Below the pieces are notes generated by a model. That model did not search any database. It was not told the DNA's origin and saw only the letters and a program-made list of their open reading frames with translations. DNA of 64,000 nt from an uncultured Candidatus Saccharibacteria bacterium (GTDB lineage: Bacteria > Patescibacteriota > Saccharimonadia > Saccharimonadales > JBBQAJ01), in contig CAZQHP010000001.1 in assembly GCA_964593805.1 (NCBI GenBank), positions 453,283 to 517,282 of the forward strand, read 5' to 3'. Positions 1 through 9,177 of the stretch are shown here, one piece after another. Both the position numbers and the translations under genes were made by a program. Each line of letters begins with the position of its first letter. Position 1 is the stretch's first letter.

Positions 1-57
1 CCCAACCTTTGAAATCACCAACTTCCTAACCGACCTCTAACAGAGGGGGTAATGTGT

Positions 58-2712
58 TTATTGGTTTTTGAAGAAGGTTTTTACTTCTTTGAGGTCGCGC
101 TTTTTCCAGTCTGTTTGCCACTGGAGCATTTCCAGGCCTTGTTTGTAGGAACGATCCAGGGCCAGCGACATTCTTGGCGTAAAGAATTTTTTATACTCTT
201 GCACAAATTCCGGTTCGCTAAAAACCCGCGCCGCATATATGGGCATGCGGTAAAAAGCGAGGTCCGTGCCCAAGTTTTCCTGGAGCCAGCTCCATTTGGA
301 CTGGAGCCATTTCCAGGTCTGGTACTTGGCGTGGCGGTTCAGAAAACTATAGGCAATCCAGTATGAAACATCTTGCAAGCGCACTACGTCCGAGTCAATC
401 AGCTGCAGCGCCTTGGCAATCAGTTTTGGTTGCTGAAACCCAGTCAGGGCGGCAGCTATGGTGGTGCGCTCTTCGCTGAGCGTAGACGCGTTGTGCAGTG
501 CCAGTAGTTTATCGAATTCTTTTGCTCCGCCCAGGCGGGCAACCGTGCCGAACACGGTGCCGCGGAGATCAGGGTCAATATCCATGCCGCGTTTTATCTT
601 GGTTCCGTTGGTGGTGGCGCGCAAATCAGGCGCCACATCATCTACAGCTTCAATGCTGTCAAAAAGCTGCTGGCAATGTTTTACGATTTCCGGTTCGTCA
701 GCGCTGGCCGCCAGGCCTAAGATTATAGGCCGCAGCAGCAGGTCAAAGTGGCTATCGTCTTTTTTTCGATCCCACCCCAGGCGCTCAAGCTCTGGTTTTA
801 TAAGCTTGCGGATGTACGGCTTCATATCTTCGCGCAAGCTTTCATCGTCCATGACTAGTCGCAGGCTGCCAATTGCCGAGGCAATAGAATCCCAAACCGC
901 ATAATCAGTTTCGTGAGTGAAGTGGCCAAGAAAGTACAGCGCGTCGGCCGTATCGGAGTGGCCCGCTTTGGCTGTTTCAAACAGATCGGTCAAGATGCCA
1001 AGGCGGTCCAAAGGCTCAAGGTGCCCTTTGTTGATTAGTTCGCCCAACCGCTGGACATGCGTGGCGTTGTAGGCCACGCGGTAAAAACCGCTTTGGCCCC
1101 GATTGAACTTTAGCTCTTGATGGTTCAGGGTTTCTAGCTTAGTTGTTTGTTCGGTGAGCGTACTAGGCTCCACAGAGCCGCCGAGTAGCGGCACTGGCCA
1201 AAGAGTTTTTGGTACTTTGCCGTGCTTTGGGCTGGCAAAGAAACGGGACTGCTTGATTTGTACGCCGGTTTCGTCCACGTTTACTTCCAGCAGTGGGAAA
1301 CCAGGCTGGCTGGTCCAGTCATGCATAAACTCACGCACCGGCTTGCCAGATATGTCTTCCAGGCTGGCCCACAAATCAACCGTGTCGGTATTGTTGTATT
1401 TATGGGTTGACAAGTAATGCCGCAAGCCGCCCTGAAAAGCATCATGGCCCAGGTAGTCGTGGAGCATATGGATTACGCTGGCACCTTTGCTGTAACTGAT
1501 AGCATCAAAAATGGTGCGGATTTCGTCCGGGTGGTGTACCGGCACTTCAACCGGGTGGGTGTGTTCTAGCGCGTCAAGTTTGAGCGCTTGCTGTTGTTCG
1601 TCTACGGCGAACTGTGTCCACAGCTTCCACTCCGGGAAAAGGTGGTCTATGGCCAAATACTCCATCCAGCTGGCAAAACCTTCGTTTAGCCATAAGTCAG
1701 TCCACCAGCGCATGGTAACTAGGTTGCCAAACCACTGATGCGTCAACTCGTGGGCAACAACTAGCGCAACGTACTGTTTAGTCGCCAGGGTTGAGTTTTT
1801 TGGATCAATTAGCATAGCTTGTTCGCGAAAGGTTATGCAGCCCCAGTTTTCCATGGCGCCGCTGGCAAAATCTGGCAGGGCAATCAGGTCGCATTTGGCC
1901 AGCGGGTAGTCGATACCAAAATAGTCGTTATAAAATTCCAGGCATTTTACGGCAATACCCAGTGCGAATTCCGTCAGCTCTACATTGTCCGGCGTGGCAT
2001 AAGTGCGAACCACTATGCCGTCATGTGTTTTGGCTTCTTTGTACCCCAGCTCTCCAAAAACAAACGCCAAGAGGTACGTGGACATGTGCGGCGTAGGCTC
2101 AAAGTGAGTCCTGAGCTGAGAGCTGTGAGCTGAAAGCTTTTTGCTCCGGACTCCGGACTCTGAACTCTGGACTTTTTCCTGTTTTGCAACCGGGGTATTG
2201 GATAAAACGGTTTCGTTCGCAGGGTGGGTCAGGGATAGCTCAAACACTGCTTTGGCTTCTGGTTCGTCAATGCATGGGAAAACTTCGCGGGCGTGATGGC
2301 TTTCAAACTGCGTGGCAATCAGCTTTTTCTCTTTGCCGTCATGTTCAAAAAAGCACGGGTACACGCCGTTCATCTGCCGCGACACCACGCCTTCAAACTC
2401 TAGGCGGACGGTGTATAGTCCGGCGTGTAGCAGGTGTTTGGCGTGCAGGCGTACTTCGTCAAAGGTTTTATGATGGTTGATTCTGTCTATTTCAACCTCA
2501 TGGTCGCCTTTTTTGTCATGGCGAGTTACGTGGCAAGCCGTGACTTTGAGTCCATTCTGGTGAAACGTCAGGCGCTGGCTGGGCCGTCCTAACCGCTGTC
2601 CATTTATGATTACCATACCGCTAAAAACCATGTTTTCACGGTCAACGTCAATGTCTAAGACATATTTCTTAGGCTGAAACTGCGCAAACAGCCGTTTTAC
2701 ATTTCTAGTCAT
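58..2712 (-). CDS. pepN: Aminopeptidase N, M1 zinc metallopeptidase
   Basis: ORF 58..2763. Carries GAMENWG, HELTHQWFGNLVT (HExxH) and WLNEGFA. I prefer the ATG at 2712 (MTRNVKRLF) over the TTG at 2763 because a TGtTAAACT extended -10 lies 7 nt upstream of it. Confidence 0.9.
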   Translation of the reverse strand: MTRNVKRLFAQFQPKKYVLDIDVDRENMVFSGMVIINGQRLGRPSQRLTFHQNGLKVTACHVTRHDKKGDHEVEIDRINHHKTFDEVRLHAKHLLHAGLYTVRLEFEGVVSRQMNGVYPCFFEHDGKEKKLIATQFESHHAREVFPCIDEPEAKAVFELSLTHPANETVLSNTPVAKQEKVQSSESGVRSKKLSAHSSQLRTHFEPTPHMSTYLLAFVFGELGYKEAKTHDGIVVRTYATPDNVELTEFALGIAVKCLEFYNDYFGIDYPLAKCDLIALPDFASGAMENWGCITFREQAMLIDPKNSTLATKQYVALVVAHELTHQWFGNLVTMRWWTDLWLNEGFASWMEYLAIDHLFPEWKLWTQFAVDEQQQALKLDALEHTHPVEVPVHHPDEIRTIFDAISYSKGASVIHMLHDYLGHDAFQGGLRHYLSTHKYNNTDTVDLWASLEDISGKPVREFMHDWTSQPGFPLLEVNVDETGVQIKQSRFFASPKHGKVPKTLWPVPLLGGSVEPSTLTEQTTKLETLNHQELKFNRGQSGFYRVAYNATHVQRLGELINKGHLEPLDRLGILTDLFETAKAGHSDTADALYFLGHFTHETDYAVWDSIASAIGSLRLVMDDESLREDMKPYIRKLIKPELERLGWDRKKDDSHFDLLLRPIILGLAASADEPEIVKHCQQLFDSIEAVDDVAPDLRATTNGTKIKRGMDIDPDLRGTVFGTVARLGGAKEFDKLLALHNASTLSEERTTIAAALTGFQQPKLIAKALQLIDSDVVRLQDVSYWIAYSFLNRHAKYQTWKWLQSKWSWLQENLGTDLAFYRMPIYAARVFSEPEFVQEYKKFFTPRMSLALDRSYKQGLEMLQWQTDWKKRDLKEVKTFFKNQ
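2106..2182 (-). repeat. Heptanucleotide-periodic tract inside the pepN coding sequence (11 x 7 nt)
   Basis: Top strand reads GAGTCCT GAGCTGA GAGCTGT GAGCTGA AAGCTTT TTGCTCC GGACTCC GGACTCT GAACTCT GGACTTT TTCCTGT. The sense strand reads AGTCCAG AGTTCAG AGTCCGG AGTCCGG and encodes KVQSSESGVRSKKLSAHSSQLR. Confidence 0.7.
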
Positions 2713-2719
2713 TACTACT

Positions 2720-2728
2720 AGTTTAACA
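2720..2728 (-). promoter_or_regulatory. Extended -10 promoter of pepN (TGtTAAACT), 7 nt before the ATG
   Basis: The minus strand reads cTGtTAAACTagtagtaATG. No SD is present, so the transcript is likely leaderless. Confidence 0.5.
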
Positions 2729-2756
2729 GATATGTATCTGTTGGTTTGCCGTGTGA

Positions 2757-2785
2757 TTGACAACAGGCAGCCATTAGCCTACACT
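2757..2785 (+). promoter_or_regulatory. Sigma-70-type promoter of the nusA leader
   Basis: TTGACA (2757-2762), an exact 17-nt spacer, then TACACT (2780-2785). Confidence 0.6.
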
Positions 2786-2797
2786 AGTAGCTGTTCG

Positions 2798-2823
2798 ATC
2801 CGGCCACTATGGTCGGATTTTTT
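2798..2823 (+). terminator. Intrinsic terminator/attenuator hairpin in the nusA leader
   Basis: ATCCGGCC-actat-GGTCGGAT forms 8 bp including one G-U, followed by TTTTT. It lies just downstream of the 2757 promoter and 150 nt before the nusA start. Confidence 0.6.
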
Positions 2824-2840
2824 CATAGATATGGTACAAA

Positions 2841-2952
2841 ATGCTCAATGCTCAAGTGTCAATGATCAATGAATGTAAAAATGTTTAAAATCATTCAATG
2901 CATCAATACATTGACCATTCATTGAACAATGACCATTGATAATTGAACATTA
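2841..2952. repeat. Heptamer-periodic imperfect palindrome (16 x 7 nt) in the nusA leader
   Basis: The left arm is ATGCTCA ATGCTCA AGTGTCA ATGATCA. The right arm is TTCATTG AACAATG ACCATTG ATAATTG. TCAATGA and TCATTGA are complementary words kept in 7-nt register. Confidence 0.75.
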
Positions 2953-2974
2953 ATTTCGACGAAGGAGAAATGAA

Positions 2975-4153
2975 GTGGATTTAGACATAAAAAGCTTGGC
3001 ACTGGCCGTAAAAACCATTGCCGAAGAGAAAAATTTGCCAGAAGACGTTGTACAGGAAATTGTAGAGCAGGCGCTGGCGGCCGCTTATCGCCGTGATTAC
3101 GGCGAGCGAGAACAAGATGTGCGCGTCACCATGAACCTTAACAACGGCGAAGTGGATGCGTTCATAAGCAAAGAAGTCGTGGAAACGGTGGGCGATGACA
3201 GTTTTGAGATTAGCCTAAAAGACGCCCAAGTTATGAAGAAAAACGCCAAAGTGGGCGACACGATTGAGATTTTCCAAAAAGTTGAATCGTTTGGCCGCGT
3301 AGCGGCGCAAACTGCCAAACAGGTTATTTTGCAGCGCCTGCGCGAAGCCGAACGAGAAATTATAATGACCGAATACGAAGACAAAATCGGCACCGTCGTC
3401 AACGGCATTGTTGCCCGCGTAGAAGGCAATATTGTACGCGTGGACCTGGGCAAAGCCCAGGGCATTATGCCCCGCAGCGAACAAATCCAGGGCGAGCGCT
3501 ATTACCCGGGTCAACGCCTGAAAGTTTTTCTCAAAGACGTGGAGCGTGGTTTCCGCGGCCCCCAGCTGGTGGTGTCGCGTGGCAATAACCAGTTTATTGA
3601 GTGGCTGTTCCGCGGCGAAGTGCCAGAGATGGAAAATGGTGCCGTGGAAATCAAAAACATTGCCCGCGAAGCCGGCGTACGTAGCAAGATTGCCGTCGCC
3701 AGCAGCGTGCCTGGCGTTGACCCGGTCGGCACTTTTGTGGGCGGCCACGGCACGCGCGTAAATGCCGTTATGAGTGAAGTTGGCGAACAGGAAAAAATTG
3801 ACATTGTGGTTTTCAACGAAGACCCAGCCACGTACATTACAAACGCTCTGAGCCCCACCAAAGTTACAAAAGTCGTCCTGGATGAAGCCAACAAAAAAGG
3901 CAAAGTCATAGTCCCAGAAGACCAGCTGAGCATTGCTATAGGCAAAAGCGGCCAAAACGTCCGCCTGGCCAGCAAACTGACCGGCTATGAACTGGATATC
4001 AGTGCTGAACAAGAAGCAGACGATGAGCCGGAACCAACCGTGGAAACGTCCAAGCCGGTGGTGCAAAAACTCAAGAAAAAAGAACAACTAGAAAGCTCCC
4101 TCCTAGAAGCCATAGAAGAACACGGCACCGACGAAACCGAAGCCAAAAAATAG
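2975..4153 (+). CDS. nusA: Transcription termination/antitermination factor NusA
   Basis: GTG start 7 nt after AAGGAG. Has the NusA N-terminal domain, an S1 domain (GTVVNGIVARVEGNIVRVDLG) and KH domains (IGKSGQNVR), plus an acidic C-terminal tail. Confidence 0.9.
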   Translation: MDLDIKSLALAVKTIAEEKNLPEDVVQEIVEQALAAAYRRDYGEREQDVRVTMNLNNGEVDAFISKEVVETVGDDSFEISLKDAQVMKKNAKVGDTIEIFQKVESFGRVAAQTAKQVILQRLREAEREIIMTEYEDKIGTVVNGIVARVEGNIVRVDLGKAQGIMPRSEQIQGERYYPGQRLKVFLKDVERGFRGPQLVVSRGNNQFIEWLFRGEVPEMENGAVEIKNIAREAGVRSKIAVASSVPGVDPVGTFVGGHGTRVNAVMSEVGEQEKIDIVVFNEDPATYITNALSPTKVTKVVLDEANKKGKVIVPEDQLSIAIGKSGQNVRLASKLTGYELDISAEQEADDEPEPTVETSKPVVQKLKKKEQLESSLLEAIEEHGTDETEAKK

Positions 4154-4169
4154 GCAAATCGTCTCCGAG

Positions 4170-4206
4170 TTAGCACTCTTGACCTGCGAGTGCTAATTGG
4201 TATAAT
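4170..4206 (+). promoter_or_regulatory. CIRCE operator (HrcA site) overlapping the clpC promoter
   Basis: TTAGCACTC-ttgacctgc-GAGTGCTAA (4170-4196) matches the CIRCE consensus perfectly. The -35 TTGACC lies in the 9-nt spacer, and TATAAT at 4201-4206 follows TGg. Confidence 0.85.
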
Positions 4207-4237
4207 ACTTGTAAGCGATGATCAATCGCGATTAAGT

Positions 4238-4311
4238 AAGGGAAAAGAGCAGCCCGCCAAAATGTATTCCATTTTGCCGGCGCGATGAGAAAAACCGCAA
4301 GTTTGTCTCAT
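4238..4311 (+). repeat. Double-hairpin repeat element, copy A (clpC 5' UTR)
   Basis: aaGGGAAAAGAGCAGCCCG, hairpin 1 (CCAAAATG-tattc-CATTTTG), GGCGCG, hairpin 2 (ATGAGAaAAAC-cgcaa-GTTTgTCTCAT). Confidence 0.8.
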
Positions 4312-4335
4312 AACACTAAAGGATGGGTATAAATA

Positions 4336-6822
4336 ATGATGATGCCGCAATCACCAGATTTCCAAGAATTTTTGAATCATTTAACTGACAACGCATTGAG
4401 CAGTTTGAAGCACGCTGACGCTATTGCTCGCGGTTTTGGCGCCGCCTACGTGGGTACAGAGCACCTGCTGCTTGGCGTTTTGGCGCAAGACAGCAGCATG
4501 GGAGCCAAAATTTTGTCTGATGCTGGCGTTACGCTTGACCGAGCCCGCTTGGTACTAAACCTTACTCCAAAAACGCTTGTTATCAACCTAGGCGGCAAAG
4601 GCCTTAGCGAAACGGCCAAACTCACCCTCAAAATGGCGCAAGACGTGGCCCAGGAATTCAGCCAGGAATACACCGGCACGGAGCATATTTTATACAGTAT
4701 TTTAAGCCAAAAAAACGCCCGCGCTACCAAGCTCTTATCCGACATGAACGTAGACGTAGACGGTCTGAACAACGAACTGGAACAATTCCTAAACCGCCAG
4801 CAATACGAAGACGACACCCAGACGGGCACCGGAACCCGCAACAAACGCACTAAAAAACAACGCAAAACGGCGCTGGATTTTTTTGGCACCGATCTGACCA
4901 GCATGGCTCGGCAGGGCAAACTGGACCCGGTGGTGGGCCGCGAGCCGCAGATTAAACGGGTGATAACCATATTGAACCGCCGGACCAAAAATAACCCCGT
5001 GCTGATTGGCGAGCCTGGCGTTGGCAAAACAGCCATAGTCGAGGGGTTGGCCCAGCGCATTGTAGGCGAAGAAGTCCCGGATAGTTTGCTAGACAAGCGG
5101 ATTGTTATGCTAGACCTCGCCGGCATGATTGCCGGTACAAAGTACCGCGGCGAGTTTGAAGAACGGCTCAAAAAAGTCATGAGCGAACTAGAGCAAGACA
5201 AAAAAGTCATCGTGTTTATAGATGAACTTCACCTGATTGTGGGCGCCGGCGCCGCCGAAGGCGCAATGGATGCCGGAAATATTTTGAAACCGGCCCTGGC
5301 CCGCGGCAAAATCCAACTGGTTGGCGCCACCACCACAGCCGAATACACCAAGCACGTTGAAAAAGATGCCGCCCTGGAGCGGCGTTTCCAGCCCATCCAA
5401 GTACCAGAAGCCACCACCACCGAAACATTAGCCATTCTAAAAGGCTTGCGCAAGCACTACGAAGCGTTCCACGGCGTCAAAGTCAGCGACGAAGTCCTGG
5501 AAGACACCGTAACTCTGGCCAAACGCTACATAAACGACCGGTTTATGCCAGATAAAGCCATTGATTTGCTAGACGAAACCGCCGCCCACTTGCGGGTAGA
5601 CAAAGGCGTTACTCCGCCAGAAGTCCGCAAACTGCAAAAGGAGCTGAAGCTAGTGAATTCCCGCCGTGAAACCGCCGCCGACAACGAAGATTACGAAAGC
5701 GCCGCCAAGCACAAACAGAGGGCCAGCCAAATTAGCGAAGAACTCAAAAAACTAGAAGCCAGCGGCAAAGCCGTCAAACGGCTCACCATGAGTTCCGAGG
5801 ATGTGGCCGATGTGGTGGCTCGGATGACCGGCGTGCCGGTGAGCAAAGTTATCCGCTCCGAGGCAAAATACTTGCTAAATCTGGAAAAAAACCTGAGCAA
5901 GTTCGTGGTTGGCCAGGACGAAGCGGTTGCGGCCGTGGCCAAAGCCGTTCGGCGCAACCGTTCCGGCGTGGGTGCCGAAGGCCGTCCGATCGGGTCTTTT
6001 ATCTTTCTGGGGCCCACAGGCGTTGGCAAGACCGAATTGGCCCGCGTACTGGCCCGCGAATTCTTTGGGTCAGAAGACTCGCTGGTCAAAATTGACATGA
6101 GCGAATTCAACGAACATCACAACGTTTCACGGCTGGTAGGTGCTCCTGCCGGCTATGTCGGCTATGATGACGGCGGACAGCTAACGGACAAAATTCGCCG
6201 CCAGCCATACAGTCTGGTTCTGTTTGATGAAATCGAAAAAGCCCATCCGGACGTCTTCAACATGCTGCTCCAAGTTCTGGAAGACGGCGCCTTAACGGAC
6301 GCCAAAGGCCGCAAGATTGATTTCAGCAATACCATAATCATCATGACCAGCAACATCGGCGCCGATCGCCTGCAAAAAGAAGCCGCGCTGGGGTTTCAAG
6401 TTGGCGACAACGCGGATATGAACGACCTAGACAGTTTGCACCAAGCCAACAAAGACAAAGTCCAGGACGCGCTGAAAAAAATGATGCGACCGGAGCTAAT
6501 GAACCGCATAGATAAAACAATCGTATTCAGGGCGTTGACCAAGAAAGACATCCTGAGCATCCTGGATCTGCAGCTCGGCGAATTGCGCCAGCGGCTGGTA
6601 AAGCACGGCCTGGGCCTGCAGTTGACCAGCAGTGCCAAAGACTATCTGTTGGCAAACGGCTATGATGCCAAAAACGGTGTGCGCCCCATGCGCCGTTTGC
6701 TGCAAGATACGCTGGAAGACCACATGGCCATGGATTTGCTGGATAGCAAGTACCAAAAGGGCGACATCGTAAAAGTTACCGCCAAAAAAGACGATCTGCT
6801 CTACACTATAACTTCGGAGTAG
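4336..6822 (+). CDS. clpC: ATP-dependent Clp protease ATP-binding subunit ClpC
   Basis: 828 aa. Has two Clp_N repeats, two AAA+ modules (GEPGVGKT and GPTGVGKT) and a short coiled-coil linker. Confidence 0.9.
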   Translation: MMMPQSPDFQEFLNHLTDNALSSLKHADAIARGFGAAYVGTEHLLLGVLAQDSSMGAKILSDAGVTLDRARLVLNLTPKTLVINLGGKGLSETAKLTLKMAQDVAQEFSQEYTGTEHILYSILSQKNARATKLLSDMNVDVDGLNNELEQFLNRQQYEDDTQTGTGTRNKRTKKQRKTALDFFGTDLTSMARQGKLDPVVGREPQIKRVITILNRRTKNNPVLIGEPGVGKTAIVEGLAQRIVGEEVPDSLLDKRIVMLDLAGMIAGTKYRGEFEERLKKVMSELEQDKKVIVFIDELHLIVGAGAAEGAMDAGNILKPALARGKIQLVGATTTAEYTKHVEKDAALERRFQPIQVPEATTTETLAILKGLRKHYEAFHGVKVSDEVLEDTVTLAKRYINDRFMPDKAIDLLDETAAHLRVDKGVTPPEVRKLQKELKLVNSRRETAADNEDYESAAKHKQRASQISEELKKLEASGKAVKRLTMSSEDVADVVARMTGVPVSKVIRSEAKYLLNLEKNLSKFVVGQDEAVAAVAKAVRRNRSGVGAEGRPIGSFIFLGPTGVGKTELARVLAREFFGSEDSLVKIDMSEFNEHHNVSRLVGAPAGYVGYDDGGQLTDKIRRQPYSLVLFDEIEKAHPDVFNMLLQVLEDGALTDAKGRKIDFSNTIIIMTSNIGADRLQKEAALGFQVGDNADMNDLDSLHQANKDKVQDALKKMMRPELMNRIDKTIVFRALTKKDILSILDLQLGELRQRLVKHGLGLQLTSSAKDYLLANGYDAKNGVRPMRRLLQDTLEDHMAMDLLDSKYQKGDIVKVTAKKDDLLYTITSE

Positions 6823-6836
6823 GCTAAACTTACGAT

Positions 6837-7808
6837 ATGGGTCCTAATACAAAACGTTTCGGCAGGCTGGCCGCGATGGGGCTGGTTGTTGCCGCGCCGC
6901 TGGTTATCTGGACGCAGCGTTGGAACATATATGACACGTTGCGGTTGCGCGGCTACCAGCCGCCAGCCCAAATAGCCCAGCTGGCAACAGATACTTCGCT
7001 GAACGACGGTTCCCGCCGTTTGTTTTACGTATATCATCCCGAACTGGAGCAAAAGCAGGCTTTTAACGATAACTGCAAGTCTGCTGAAAAAACCATCGTG
7101 CTGGGCTGCTATGTTTCGGGCCGGGGGATTTACCTGTACAGCGTTACGGATGAGCGGCTTAATGGCGTGGTGCAGGTTACGGCTGCCCACGAAACGCTGC
7201 ACGCGGCTTATGAACGTTTGGATGGCCGGGAAAAACAGCGCGTCAAGGGGCTGATTGATGATGCTTATGCCAAGCTAACCGACCAGCGCATCAAAGATAC
7301 CATAGAAGATTACCGCCAGAACGGCGCCGACATAACCAATGAACTGCATTCTATACTTGGCACGGAAGTCCGCAGTTTGCCTGCCGAGCTGGAACAGTAC
7401 TATTCCCGCTACTTTACGAACAGATTGAAAATAGTCGAGTACTCCGAAAAGTACGAACAGGCATTCACGGAACGTAAAAACAGAATAGCCGATGCTGACC
7501 GGCAGTTAGAGGCTCTGAAACAACAGATAAATGCCGGAGAAGCCAGCCTAGGCGCGCTGTCGCAAGAACTTAAAAATGAACGAGCTCGCCTGGACAAGCT
7601 GCTAGCTAGCAAAGACTATGCCGCCTACAATGCGGCCGTGCCGGGTTTTAATTCGCGTGTCAATGCTTACAACGCCCAGGTTGGGCAGGTAAGGCGTTTG
7701 ATAGACCAGTTTAACGCGCTGGTAGCCGAGCGAAATTCGATTGCCGCCGAAGAAAACGATCTATACAAAGCCATAGACAGCCGCCCCGACACTTTGAAAA
7801 CGCAGTAG
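6837..7808 (+). CDS. Hypothetical membrane-anchored protein with an HExxH motif and a C-terminal coiled coil
   Basis: 323 aa. Has an N-terminal TM segment (LAAMGLVVAAPLVIW), AAHETLHAAYE, and a heptad-like Q/A/E/L-rich C-terminal third. Confidence 0.55.
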   Translation: MGPNTKRFGRLAAMGLVVAAPLVIWTQRWNIYDTLRLRGYQPPAQIAQLATDTSLNDGSRRLFYVYHPELEQKQAFNDNCKSAEKTIVLGCYVSGRGIYLYSVTDERLNGVVQVTAAHETLHAAYERLDGREKQRVKGLIDDAYAKLTDQRIKDTIEDYRQNGADITNELHSILGTEVRSLPAELEQYYSRYFTNRLKIVEYSEKYEQAFTERKNRIADADRQLEALKQQINAGEASLGALSQELKNERARLDKLLASKDYAAYNAAVPGFNSRVNAYNAQVGQVRRLIDQFNALVAERNSIAAEENDLYKAIDSRPDTLKTQ

Positions 7809-7825
7809 TCTGGTAAACTTGAGGC

Positions 7826-9172
7826 ATGGCAAAAAAAGATTCGGTGCGGTACGTTTGCGGCAGCTGCGGGGCGGTTAGCCCCGCCTGGAGCGGTCGCTGT
7901 TACAGTTGCGGCGAATGGAATACCCTGCAGGAACAGCTGAGCGTCAGTATTGGCCAAGTCAAAAGCGGTGGCAAAAACCTGCAAACCCAAACTGTCTCTG
8001 GGTCTTTGGCAAAAGACCACAAACGCTTGCTCAGTGGTATTAGCGAAGTAGATACGGTGTTTGGCGGCGGTATTGTAACTGGCAGCGTGAATTTGCTGGC
8101 TGGGCAGCCCGGCATAGGCAAAAGTACATTGCTGTTGCAGTTGGCGCACGAAATGGCAAAAAAGTACAAGGTTTTATACGTTAGCGGCGAAGAGTCTGCC
8201 CACCAGATTGGTCTGCGCGCCGACCGTTTGGGCGCGACGGGGAAAAACCTGCAACTGGCTACCAGTAACAGCGCAGATGACGTAGCTAGCACTATCGCCA
8301 GCGGTAAATTTCAGCTGGTTGTAGTGGATTCTATCCAGACCATGAGCGTGGGAGCGATTGCTTCAGCGGCTGGGAACGTCAGCCAGATTACAAACAGTAC
8401 AGCTCTACTAACTGTAGCGGCCAAACAAGCAGACACGGCGCTACTGCTGGTGGGCCATGTTACCAAAGAAGGCTCTATAGCCGGCCCTAAAGTGTTAGAG
8501 CACGTGGTAGATGTAGTCTTGCAGCTGGAAGGCGATCGCTACGGCGGTTTCAAAATACTCCGAGCTATCAAAAACCGCTACGGGTCAACCAATGAAGCCG
8601 GTATATTTGAAATGGCAGACAGCGGCCTCCGGCCGGTAGAAAACCCCTCCGCGGCGCTTTTGGCCGAACGCCAGGCCAGCGACGGCTCGGTAGTGCTGGC
8701 CACCATGGAAGGCAGCCGGCCGCTGCTGGTTGAAGTCCAGGCGCTGGTGAACCGCACCAGCTACGGTTACCCCAAACGCACCGCCAGCGGGATTGACCTA
8801 AACCGCGTCAATTTGCTAGTGGCCATGCTAGAAAAACGCACCAAACTGAACCTGGCCGACCAAGACATCTACATAAACATCGTGGGCGGTATCAAACTCA
8901 CCGAACCGGCAGCCGACCTAGCCGTCTGCATGGCCATAGCCAGCGCCTCCAAGGGCATGCAACTTAAAAAGAACGCCGTGGTTTTTGGCGAGGTTGGCCT
9001 AAGCGGCGAAGTCCGCCACGTACCATTTTTGGATAAACGGATTGCCGAGGCTAAAAAGCTAGGTTTTGACAGCGTAATTGGCCCGGTTATTAAGAGTGGG
9101 AAAAAACAAGCAAACTACTTTGGGATGACCGACGTTCGTAGCGCTCTCAATACCTTCCTAGAAGGTAAGTAG
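7826..9172 (+). CDS. radA: DNA repair protein RadA/Sms
   Basis: CxxC-x10-CxxC zinc finger (CGSCG...CYSCG), Walker A GQPGIGKST, KNRYG motif and a Lon-like C-terminal domain. Confidence 0.92.
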   Translation: MAKKDSVRYVCGSCGAVSPAWSGRCYSCGEWNTLQEQLSVSIGQVKSGGKNLQTQTVSGSLAKDHKRLLSGISEVDTVFGGGIVTGSVNLLAGQPGIGKSTLLLQLAHEMAKKYKVLYVSGEESAHQIGLRADRLGATGKNLQLATSNSADDVASTIASGKFQLVVVDSIQTMSVGAIASAAGNVSQITNSTALLTVAAKQADTALLLVGHVTKEGSIAGPKVLEHVVDVVLQLEGDRYGGFKILRAIKNRYGSTNEAGIFEMADSGLRPVENPSAALLAERQASDGSVVLATMEGSRPLLVEVQALVNRTSYGYPKRTASGIDLNRVNLLVAMLEKRTKLNLADQDIYINIVGGIKLTEPAADLAVCMAIASASKGMQLKKNAVVFGEVGLSGEVRHVPFLDKRIAEAKKLGFDSVIGPVIKSGKKQANYFGMTDVRSALNTFLEGK

Positions 9173-9177
9173 CTATG

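Noticed and set aside
3215-4087. 290-aa antisense ORF inside nusA. Similar cases are 4446-5210 in clpC, 9548-10197 in the PBP gene, 15358-16560 in recG, 35443-35853 in tuf and 44998-45603 across rplX/rplE.
   Set aside because: Each lies wholly inside a well-supported conserved gene on the opposite strand. Their compositions are biased (R/S/A/L-rich) and I see no motifs or start signals. These are typical shadow ORFs.
4281-4311. The GATGAGA...hairpin in the repeat element resembles the CUGAUGA-stem II core of a hammerhead ribozyme.
   Set aside because: There is no GAAA or cleavage-site strand after the hairpin and no third helix. The similarity is limited to 6-7 nt.
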